Assembly (NCBI GenBank): GCA_047967505.1
Contig: CM106538.1
DNA: 64,000 bases
DNA from: Dipteris shenzhenensis
Taxonomy: Eukaryota
Strand: one strand, 5' to 3'
Every line of letters begins with the position of its first letter. Position 1 is the stretch's first letter. The notes beneath the pieces are model-generated. The model ran no database searches and was not told the DNA's origin. It saw nothing but the letters and a program-made list of their open reading frames with translations. Positions 1-10,429 of this stretch are shown here, piece by piece. The translations under genes were made by a program, and so were the position numbers.

Positions 1-59
1 CCGCCATACCGCCAAGACTAACTGCAAGCTTCCGATGAGGAATATAAACAGGCTGCCAC

Positions 60-710
60 CCAAAAAGGGGGGACGAAGCGGGAGGTGGAGCCTGGGTGTG
101 AGGCGGGCGAGGCGAAGTGAGGGGGCGGGGGGGTCGGAACGGAGGGCGGGGTGAAGGGTGCGGGGTGCGGGGAAAACGGGGGGGCGCGGAAGGGCGGGGG
201 GGCGGGGTAGGAGTGGCGGGGGCGGAGAGGTGAAGCGGGGAGCGGGGAGAGCGGAATGGAGGCGGGGGGCGGGTGAAGCGAGGGGGGTCGGCGGGTGAGG
301 CGGAGCAGGGGAGGGAGGGGGTGAGGCAAAGCGAGGGGGGGGTTGGGTGAAGCGAGGTGAGGCGGAGGGGGCGGGGTGGATGAGAGCGGAGGGGGGGTGA
401 GGGCGGCTGAGACGAGGGGAAGGGGGGGAGTGGAGGCGAAGGGGGGGGCGGCGGTGGTGAGGCGAGATGGAGCGGAGGGGCGGGGCGAGAGAGCAGTGAG
501 GGGGGCGGGTTGGAGCGGAGCGGAAGGCAAGAGAGCAGCGAGGGGGGGGCGAGAGCGAGGCGAGGCGAGGGGAGGGCGCAGCGAGGTGGGCGGCGGGTGA
601 GGGGGAGGGGGGGCGGGAGGCGAGGGCGAAGGGGGAGGGAGCGGGGGTGGTCGCGGCGAGGGGAGGAGCTAGGGGGAGGTAGAGCTAACGGCGGGAGGGA
701 GGGGAAGCTC
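60..710. repeat. G/purine-rich low-complexity tract built from degenerate GGGTGA(A/G)GCG(A/G)GG-like units; G-quadruplex potential
   Basis: Plus strand almost entirely G/A with dozens of G3-G7 runs; ORFs here are only Pro- or Gly/Arg-rich low-complexity translations. Confidence 0.85.
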
Positions 711-836
711 GCAGGAGCAGTTGCGCATGTGTTCTCACACCTTTACTATGTTTCTCGGTTTGACTGTACATATCTTCTATGTCTGCTTCAATTACTTGCA
801 TTACATACAATGTCCAAGGTCTTTGCAATGTCCCTT

Positions 837-1207
837 ACAAATATATATAAATATATTTATTCTCTAGTTGATCGGAGTAAACACTCTTGATTATAATTAA
901 GGGGCTTTGACGAAGGGTCGAGGCGCCTTAATTGTAATCAAGTCTCTCCAACAGAAGTTGGCACAACTCTCCAACCGAAGTTGGCACATCTTGGTTAACC
1001 ACCGTTAACCTTCTTGGTATAAACCAAGTCTTCTTGACCAAGATCAGGCTTACTTAACCGAAGTCAAGTATCTATGACTGTAGTCAATTCTTTGACCAAT
1101 AGAAAAACTCTTTTGACCATAATTAACCCAGATAGAAAAACTCTTTAAGTATGATCAAATAAATGGTCAATTGTACTTTGACTTAGGATATTTACATTGT
1201 GGTGACA
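837..1207 (-). mobile_element. 5' portion of a Ty3/gypsy LTR in inverted orientation
   Basis: Reverse complement starts TGTCACCACAATGTAAATATCCTAAGTCAAAGTACA, as does the LTR at 16963; homology runs to LTR position ~17421; preceded on the minus strand by purine run AGGAAGAG. Confidence 0.85.
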
Positions 1208-1874
1208 CTCTTCCTAAATATTCGCCTTTGCATTAAACTCCATAGTTAGTGCAATTCTAAAAAGTTAGTACTTCAGTATGAACTAAATCTTTAACCGTAG
1301 CAACTGGTTGAGGGCAAGGGAGGAAGCATTGCAGGACTTTACCACCTCATCAATTACTGCTTATTTGCTCGGTCCTTCAAGAACCTGAATTCTAGCCACT
1401 GCATCCGCTAATTGCATCTGCCAAATGATGGGCTGGTTCAGACATCCTCGTAGGTATGTGTGTGCATATAGAGAGGGTGTCATGGCTGCAATTGTGGCAT
1501 ATCGGATCCTGTTGGTTGAAGCTGTTGGGGTGGAGGGAGACTTTGAAGACTTCGAGGAGAGGCTGGGCCAATCCTTGCTGGCCATTTCTGCTGCTGCTAC
1601 CCCCTTACTGATCTAACCCCCAAACTAGGCTAGGGGTTTCAGCCTAGCTCGGGGTTGGGTGGAGGGAGAAAGGCTCCCCTCGACCTTGTGTTGGGGTAAC
1701 GTTGCTGGCGGACAGGCTGGGACGATGGGGTGGCTATAGGCTGAAGTGGAGGCGAAGCACCAGGGGGTGGGCTACGGACTGAGGCGGTACACTAGACAAG
1801 GGGCTACAGTGGGCTATGTAGGGGCTACAGAGGGCTACGGGATGTTGCGCAGGGGCTACGAGATGGTTACACAA

Positions 1875-1878
<4 letters not shown>

Positions 1879-1916
<38 letters not shown>

Positions 1917-2189
1917 GAGGTAGAGGTAGAGCGGTAGAGGTAGAGCGGTAGAGGGGTAGAGGTAGAGGCAGACACAGGGGCAGACACAGAGGCAAACATA
2001 GAGGGAGAGGGAGAGGTAGAGGTAGAGGTAGAGGTAGAGAGGTAGAGGTAGAGGTAGAGAGGCAGAGGCAAAGGCAAAGGGAGAGGGAGAGGTAGGGGTA
2101 GAGAGGTAGGGTAGAGAGGTAGAGCTAGAGGTAGAGACGTAGAGGTAGAGGTAGAGGTAGACGTAGACGTAGAGGTAGAGGTAGAGGTA
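1879..2189. repeat. Compound microsatellite (GA)n plus (GGTAGA)n, continuing at 8550-8580 after the copia insertion
   Basis: Direct reading; the hexamer resumes as AGGTAGAGGTTGAGGTTG after the 3' LTR. Confidence 0.9.
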
Positions 2190-2395
2190 TGTTGGGGTAA
2201 AGGCACATTGCCACCCCTTTATTAAAGATATGACACCTATGACTGTCTTAAGACAGTCATAGGGGGAAAAACCTAATCCTAATAAAACCTATGAGTTTGT
2301 GGTGTGGCTCATCACTTCACACCCGCATCTTTAGTGTCACTCCTCTCTCTCACTCTCTCCCGGTTGTTCTTCTCCCTCTTCTCTTTCCCCCTTCA
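2190..2395 (+). repeat. 5' LTR of copia-A
   Basis: TGTTGGGG...CTTCA; one substitution versus 8344-8549 (CACCCGCAT vs CACCCACAT). Confidence 0.96.
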
Positions 2396-2397
2396 AC

Positions 2398-2410
2398 TGG
2401 TATCAGAGCC
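2398..2410 (+). promoter_or_regulatory. Primer binding site (tRNA-iMet) of copia-A
   Basis: TGGTATCAGAGCC 2 nt after the LTR end. Confidence 0.93.
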
Positions 2411-4142
2411 GGGTTCACTCCCTCCCTACCCCTGCCTACCCCTCTCTCTACCCTTCCCCCTTCCCTCGGGCTTCGTGCCCTCAGCATTGCGCAGGCAGCG
2501 CGGGCCAGCGGGACAGCAAGGGCAACAGCCAGGGCGTAGCGCGGGCAGCTGCAGCGGCAGCGCAGCGCGGGACAGTGCGGGCAGGAGCACAGGGCGCATC
2601 GCGGGCTGCAGCAGGGCGGCGCCGAGCAGCGCCAGCAGCTGCACAGCAGCAGCTAGCTGCTGCTAGCTGCTACAGCCTCTGGGCTTCATACAGGGCAGCG
2701 CGCAGGCGTGCGCGTGTACAGCCGTACGACCGTCCGTACCGCCGTACGGACTCCGTACAGGCGTCCGTACTGTACGGACGCCGCCGTGCGTACAGGGAGC
2801 AGCATCAGGAACTTCTTCGACAGGGAGCTGCATCAGGGAAGAGCATTTCGAAAAAAAATTTCTCTCTCTCTCTCTTCTAGGATTTCGTACCCTGCACAAG
2901 TACACAGGTACAACAGGTACAGTGCTGCCAGTACACAGGTACAGCAAGTACAGCATTTTTCTTTGGGGAAAGAAGGCAAAGAGAGAGCATTCCCAACTGT
3001 TCAATCCTTCAAACTGTGTTTTTTTTTAGGTACAGCAAGTACACTCTTGTCCCTCGTGCTTGAGGTGACTAGGACCACAGTGTGTGGTAGTTGCACAGTT
3101 ATCTTGTTTCGGGAAGGTAATGCCTTGATTTTGCAGAGGATTTTTATGCTTTTGCTGAGTGCAAATCTCAGTTTTTGGGTGACATTTTCAAAGGGCTTTT
3201 GCCTGGAAGCTTATGCAGTGTATGCCTTGAGGTAGTGTGGAGCCAGGGAGCCCACATTAGTCTTGTTTCCGCAGTGTATTCAGTGACATTTCTACAGGTC
3301 ACATTTTGTGTACGACACCTTGGAAAATCTCAGTTGAGCCACGTTTGGCCAGGGCGCATCGAGTTTACTCGGTCCCTAACTGTCCATCGTTGACAGTGCT
3401 CAAAAGATTTTCTCTTCAGTGTTTGTACGTTGGGATCTGTGTTGTTATTGTGTACACAGGGCTGTTTATGCATTGCATTGTCAGGTGAAAGTGCCAGGAG
3501 AGTGCTGTATTTTCTTTGCTACCTCAGTGTTGAGGTGTTTTTCACTTGGTACAGGTGTTAAATCAAGGGGCTTTTGCCCAGATTTTGCTTGAGAGCACTT
3601 GGGTTACTGTCAGAGATCTTCAGATGTCTTTTATCCCCTTGGCAGAAGGGTGATTGCTTGGGATTTATCCCATTTTCTGTTGCAGGTTTGTGACATTTAT
3701 CCCATTTTCTGTTGCAGGTTTGTGACAGGCTGAAGTGTCTAGAGCCTCTTTTTCAGTGAACAAAACAGTGTATGCCAAGTGGTTTATGCATATTAAATCA
3801 GTGCAATACCTCATTTGAGGTGGAAGAAGTGATCAGGACAGCAGTGTTTTGTGCTTTGTCAGCTGATGATGCACTGTTAAAGCACTTGTGGAGCAGCTGC
3901 AGCATTCTGAAATTACTGTTTTTATGCCTATTTGAGCACGGTACAGTGTGTCAGAAGGTACAGTAACTGGAGGGAATTTTCTGTTTTGCTGCAGATTTTC
4001 TGACAGTTTTTTAAAAAAAAAAGCACTATTGTGAGTGCCCCTGGCTCTTGATAGAGCAAGTTTTTTTTTTTCTGAGAAATCAGAATTTTATTCAGTCCCT
4101 TTTTTTTAACTTACAGGGAGTCAGGTACTTTCCTTATCTGAT

Positions 4143-7100
4143 ATGGCATCAGGGGGAAGTGAATCATCAATTCTGAACATAAAGAAATTGGAAGGGGCAC
4201 ACAATTATGCATTATGGGCAGAACAGTGTTTGAATGTACTTCTGCTTAAGAAGATTTCTAAGCCCATAAGGGTGAAGGGTGTCAAGCCATCTGGGATGTC
4301 AGATGATGAATGGGAGGAGCTAGATTTGTCCGCGAGGGCTGCTATCATGCTTACCTCAGTGATTCTCTTGTGTACAATGTTCAGGCTGAAAAGACCTCTT
4401 ATGGTGTATGGCAGAGGCTAGCAGAGTTGTATGCCCAAAAGAGTTCAGCCAGTAAGGTGTATTGGTTGAAGAAGCTGGTTGATCTTCGCATGAAGGAAGG
4501 TACAGCTATGACCTCACACTTGAGTGAGTTCAATGCCATCTTTACACAGCTGATTGCACAGGGGTTGAACCTTGATGAGGAGTTCAAGGCTACTTTCTTG
4601 TTGTGTACCCTTCCTGAGAGTTGGGACACTTTCAAGACCACCTTGTCTAATTCAAATGTCACTCTTATATATGCTGATGTAAAGAGCTCTCTCCTCATGG
4701 AGGAGATGAGCAGGAAGAATAATGCGGGCAGCAAGTCTTCAAATGCTTTGCAGGTACAGGAAAGAGGCAGGACTCAGCAGAAGGGGAGATCTGCTAGTAA
4801 GTCCAAATCCCGCAGTCAGTCCCGTGGCAAAAAGGATATTGAATGCTTTTATTGTGGCAAGAAGGGACATGTGAAGTCTAAGTGCTTCAAGTTTATACGG
4901 GATCAGAAAGCCAAGAAGGCTGAGGCAAAGGATGCAAGCAGTGGAAGCAAAGGCAAAGGCAAGGCCAAGGTAGATGACTTGAATGCAATGAATGTTGCAG
5001 CAGAGGACAGTGACATTGACAGACATGATGTTTTATGCTCTTCTGCTGTAATTGCACATACTTTGGTTATTGATGGCCATGACATGCACACTTGGCTCTT
5101 GGATTCAAGTGCTTCTTTTCATGTTACTCCTCATAGGGAGTGGTTTACTTCCTACACAGGTACTCATGGAGTTGTTCACCTTGGGAACAACTATGCATGT
5201 CAGATTGCAGGGATTGGCAGTATACAGATAGTATTCCCTGATGGACGCTTATTTATGCTTGATGGTGTTCGCCATGTGCCGCAAATCAAGAAAAATCTGA
5301 TTAGCACTGGCTTGTTGGATGACAGTGGTTACCACACCACATTTGGGGATTCCAAATGGGTGATTACTGATGGCCAGGTTGTAGTGGCTGAGGGTTTTAA
5401 GAGTGATACCTTGTACCCTCTTTATGTTTCCAGTGTAGGTAATCATGTTGTTGCCATAACCAAGCTGCCAAAGATTTCATTGTGGCATAGCCGGTTGGGA
5501 CATATGTCCGTTAAAGGAATGCAAGAACTGTCACGTTTGGGTTATCTGCCGTCTCTTTCATTTTCAGATTTGCCTACTTGTGATCATTGCATATTTGGTA
5601 AGCATTCTATGACTCCTCATAAGAGGAGAACTCCCCAAAATAGAGCACCGCTTGATCTAGTGCACACTGATTTGTGTGAAATGCCACAGTTATCACTAGG
5701 GGGTGCAAAGTATTTCATTACTTTTATTGATGATGCCACACGCAAAGTGTGGGTCTATTTCTTGAAGCATAAAAGCGATGCCTTAGATGCTTTCAAGAAG
5801 TTTGTCGCTCAGGTTGAAAATCGGACAGGTCGTAGGCTGAAATGCCTCAGATCCGATAATGGGGGTGAGTATGTGTCACATGCTTTTGTGCAGTTTTGCG
5901 AAGCTAAGGGCATTAAACAGGAACTCACAGCCCCTCATAATGCATCTCAAAATGGTGTAAGTGAGCGGATGAATCGAACTATTCAGGAGAAAGTTCGATG
6001 TATGTTGTCTTATGCTGCATTGCCCCATGGCTTTTGGGCAGAAGCCGTGCAAACAGCAGTTCACATTATTAACAGGTCGCCAAACAAGGCTTTGGAGTTG
6101 AAAGTGCCAGAGGAGGTGTGGTCTGGCAAGCCACCCTCATATAAACACTTACGTGTGTTTGGCTGCGAGTGCTTTGCTCATGTACGCAAAGAACTGCGCA
6201 CCAAACTGGAGCCAAAGTCTTTCAGATGCATCTTTATGGGTTATGATGACGAAGGTGAAATGGGGTACAGGTTATGGGATCCCGTCAAACGGAAGATTGT
6301 ACGCAGCAATGATGTCATCTTTAAAGAGGATAGTGTACACAAAGAACCCGTGCAACCTGTGGAATACAGGAGGGTTGTTTATGATGATGTCGGACAGCAA
6401 AGAATGCCCATTTATATGCAGCAGCAGGCTGCTGCAGATAACCCTGTTCAAGAGGGTATACAGGCTGAAAATCAGCCAGATAATTTTGCCAATGATGCAC
6501 CACTGGATATGCCAGCAAATGGGGCTGTAGAACAGCCAGATATGGTGGTACAGCCACCCGTCATGCATGACGAACAGGCTAGACAGCAGCCTAATCCGGA
6601 ACATTTTGTTAGGAGGCGCACCCGTGTACAACGGCCCCTTGACAGGTTTGTTCCAAGAGCCAATAATGTGGCTGATTTTATCATGCTGACAGATTGTGGT
6701 GAGCCTTCCAGCTTCAAGGAAGCTATGGGAAGAACAGAGAAAAGGAAGTGGGAGAAAGCCATGCAGTCAGAAATGGACTCCTTACTTCAAAATGATACAT
6801 GGGACTTGGTGCAGCTACCTGCAGGCAGAAAAGTTTTGCCATGCAAGTGGGTTTACAAAGTCAAAGTGGATTCAAATGCTTTATCGAGGTATAAGGCCAG
6901 ATTGGTTGCCAAGGGATTTAAGCAGGAGAAGGGCATTGACTTTGATGAGATTTTTTCCCCTGTAGTCAAGATGACTACTTTGAGAGCCGTGTTAGCTCTT
7001 GTTGCTCATGAGGACATGGATTTATGTCAGATGGATGTGAAGACTGCTTTTCTTCACGGAGATCTCCATGATGAGATCTATATGAGTCAGCCAGAGGGAT

Positions 7101-8244
7101 ATGCTGTTAAAGGGAAAGAGCAGCTTGTGTGTAAGCTCAAGAGGAGCTTGTATGGACTCAAGCAGGCGCCAAGAGAATGGTACAAGAAGTTTGATGCCTT
7201 CATGCAGTCCCAAGGGTATCATAGGTGTGAGACCGATCATTGCTTGTACACCAAACGGGCAAAGGATGGCAGTTTGATGCTACTCATTCTATATGTGGAT
7301 GACATGCTGATTGCCAGTAAATCTCAGCAGGAGATTAGTGCTTTGAAGAAACAACTGCATAAGTCTTTTGACATGAAAGACTTGGGTGATGCAAACCATA
7401 TTCTTGGCATGCGGATTACTCGTGACAGGTCCAAGGGACTTTTGTTTCTGTCACAGAAGGAGTACATTGACAAAGTACTACAGAGGTTTAAAATGGAGGG
7501 GGGGAAGTCTATTAGTACCCCGTTGCCTCCACATTTAAAACTCAGCAGTAAGGACAGCCCCAGATCAGATGATGATAAGGCTGAAATGGCCAAGGTTCCG
7601 TATGCATCTGCAGTTGGTTCTTTGATGTATGCCATGGTTGCCACTCGTCCGAATATTGCTTTTGCGGTGGGAGTCATCAGCAGGTATATGGCAAATCCAG
7701 GCAAGCGGCACTGGGAAGCAGTGAAAGGTGTCTTGAGGTATCTCAAGGGTACCAAAGACTTGTGCATATGCTATGGTAGGCAGGATGCATTGGTGCATGG
7801 TTTTCAGACTATGCAGGGAATGCAGATAACCGGAAATCTACTACCGGTTATATTTTCACATTTGCAGGAGGTGCTATATCATGGGTGTCTCGGTTGCAGA
7901 AATGCGTTGCACTGTCAACTACTGAAGCTGAATATGTTGCAGCCACTGAGGCTTGCAAGGAAGCAATATGGCTTACTCGACTGGTGGGAGATTTGGGCAT
8001 TACAGGAGATATGCCAGTCTTGCATTGTGATAGTCAGAGTGCTATCATGTTAGCAAAGAATCCGGTCTTTCATCAAAAGACCAAGCACATAGATGTGAAA
8101 TATCATTTCATCAGGGAGGTACTGGAAGACAAGCGACTTGAGCTTGTGAAAGTGCATACTGATGATAATCCTACAGATTTGCTCACTAAGAGCTTGCCTA
8201 CAGAGCGGTTTGCACATTGCCGCCACATCATGGGATTAGGATGA
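4143..8244 (+). pseudogene. copia-A gag-pol polyprotein with two frameshifts (~4353 and ~7803)
   Basis: ORFs 4143-4421, 4310-8053 and 7885-8244: gag NYALW, CX2CX4HX4C knuckle, protease LLDSSAS, integrase HHCC and DDE (LRSDNGGEY), RT YVDD, RNase H (STTEAEY, KHIDVKYHF). Confidence 0.93.
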
Positions 8245-8343
8245 GACCACTCTTATTTTATGGTCTTGTATACAGTAACTGTATATTGCTGCAATTTTTA
8301 TTCTTTTCTCCCCTTTAGGCATATTGGCCTTTAGGTGGGAGGT

Positions 8344-8549
8344 TGTTGGGGTAAAGGCACATTGCCACCCCTTTATTAAAGATATGACACCTATGACTGT
8401 CTTAAGACAGTCATAGGGGGAAAAACCTAATCCTAATAAAACCTATGAGTTTGTGGTGTGGCTCATCACTTCACACCCACATCTTTAGTGTCACTCCTCT
8501 CTCTCACTCTCTCCCGGTTGTTCTTCTCCCTCTTCTCTTTCCCCCTTCA
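8344..8549 (+). repeat. 3' LTR of copia-A
   Basis: Matches 2190-2395; preceded by PPT, followed by TSD. Confidence 0.96.
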
Positions 8550-9595
8550 AGGTAGAGGTTGAGGTTGAGGTTGAGGTTGAAGTTGATTATCGTCCTCGGG
8601 GGGCCAAAAAATGACCCATGGGACCTAATCCTCAGTACAAAAATCTCCTCCGCTGTGGAGGGGTCAAGAATTTTCAAGTTCTCGACGGTACAAAAAAAGA
8701 CGAGTGACAAAAGATCCCAACGCTGTCGGAGAGGCCGTGGAGAGAACTGACGAGATCTGAGTGGTGTCTGCCAATATCTGCTAATAGTCGTCTCTAATGT
8801 GTGCATATCGAGGGCAGTGTAGGGCTATATGTGCCTCTGTCTCTACTGTCTACAAATCATAGAATCTGCAAGCTCTGACATGTCGCGACAAATTTAGCCA
8901 AATATGTGCACGTATTCAGTGGGGACGCCCATTGTGACTAGAATTAGTCCACAGTGTGTTATTTGCATGCAAAGCGGTAACAATTAATGGATGCCTTGGT
9001 GGTGCGCTTTAATTAATTGTTGCAGGTACTAGGAAGAGTTATTTTCCTAAGCGCTACAGGAGCCTAACAAGCACCTAAGAGGCCGTTCGCGTGACCAAGT
9101 GCTTCAAAGACTCCAAAGTTGCCCTTAGTGGCATATAATAGAACTTGGTCTAGATATTAGACGAGTGGCATGTTGCCGATTTGAAATGAGCTTGAAGCTC
9201 TTGTAACATTGATTCACGTTTTGGTATTTGTTTAGTCTAGGAAGAGCAAGTCTTCCGGAGAGACCAAGGAATTCAAAGATGGAGGTAAATCTGTCAAGTT
9301 TATGACCTATAATGGACAATATGGTCATACAGACAAAGCATTGCAGTTCATCAGGCAGTTTGATGCTGCATTCGGTACGAAAAAGTTTTTAGATCCTCCA
9401 AGTTGAGAATGGTCAGTTTGCACTTGACAACGACAGCTAGTGCATGGTGGAGTGCACAGACCACAGATGGGTCAGCCCCAAAGAGGTGGAAGGGCTTCAA
9501 GAAAGCCTTCTATCAGCAGTTCATGCCTAAACAGTTTAGAGATCATGTTCTTCAAGATTGGGACAGTTTGCATATGGATGCAAGAGATATAGTGG

Positions 9596-10283
9596 TGTTA
9601 GAAACTCACTGTGCCCACCTGTGAGCCCCCAATTTAAGGGGACAAGGGGCAGTGAGAGGTAGGAGGGCTGGGGACAGAGAGAGACTCAGGCCGGCATCAT
9701 AGGTAACCAGCACACGGGCTGGTTGCAGTCTGCAACAGCAGGAATAAAGGGGCTCTAGGCCTCACACAGAGGCACCAGGAGCACCATTGACCGGCCGCCC
9801 AAGGCGCCCTTAAATAAGGGCATGTGGCTGGCCAAGTCGGCCCAACCAGGGCCAACCCTAGTCGGTTTTCTAGGGCCCATGTGGTCGGCCACCAAACAGG
9901 GTACCAACCCTGCTGGTCCATCAACTCAAGGGGCCTGGGCAGTGCCTATAAAAGGCCTACTCCTCCATTCATTCCAGCATCCAGTGCAAGACTGAAAGCC
10001 CCTCTCCAAGGCTGTGTTCAGCACTCAGATCTGGAGCAGTGGGTGAGAGAGAGAGTCCATCAATATTCTCCAGCACTTTGCTGTGTTTTGTACTGCTCCC
10101 TTGGAGCTATTTTTCTGCCCACCATTTGGTGGATGAATATACTCTCTTTCTCTCTCCGTCCATATTTATTTCTGAGAGAGTGTTTGTTGCATCTGTGATC
10201 ATCTATCTGAGTTGAGTGTGTGTAAGAGTTGGAGAGATCTTAGGTGGAGGTTTGAGTGATTCATTCCCTCTTGATTTCTAACA
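9596..10283 (+). repeat. 5' LTR of copia-B
   Basis: TGTTAGAAA...TTTCTAACA with 9-bp inverted termini; TATA-like CCTATAAAA inside. Confidence 0.94.
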
Positions 10284-10429
10284 TGGTATCAGAGCCATAG
10301 GCTCTCAACTCTTCTTCATCAAAGCACTCTTTGAACGAAGGAGTCCCTTGGCAGAAAGGTGATTCTGTGTTCAGCTCAGGCTAGCACGGGAGGTCAGTAC
10401 ATCTTTTTTGCTTCAGTTTTTTCACCGAA

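Larger units (their letters stand above)
2190..8549 (+). mobile_element. Full-length Ty1/copia LTR retrotransposon (copia-A), very young
   Basis: 206-bp TG...CA LTRs at both ends; 5-bp TSD AGGTA (2185-2189, 8550-8554); PBS TGGTATCAGAGCC at 2398; PPT AGGTGGGAGG at 8333-8342; gag-PR-IN-RT-RH order. Confidence 0.97.

Noticed and set aside
18-890. Pro-rich and Gly/Arg-rich ORFs (extensin-like appearance)
   Set aside because: By-products of the G-rich low-complexity tract; no domain or splice evidence.
1856-2206. Ser/Thr and Leu/Pro repeat ORF
   Set aside because: Translation of the (TCTACC)n microsatellite.
2291-3966. Several ORFs in the copia-A leader as a possible extra gene
   Set aside because: Overlapping frames in GC-rich repeats, mostly non-ATG starts, no recognisable motif.
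9590-9595. 6-bp TSD TAGTGG for copia-B
   Set aside because: Requires the 3' LTR to have lost its last base; a 5-bp TSD with a CA>CT change fits copia norms, though the two readings cannot be fully separated.
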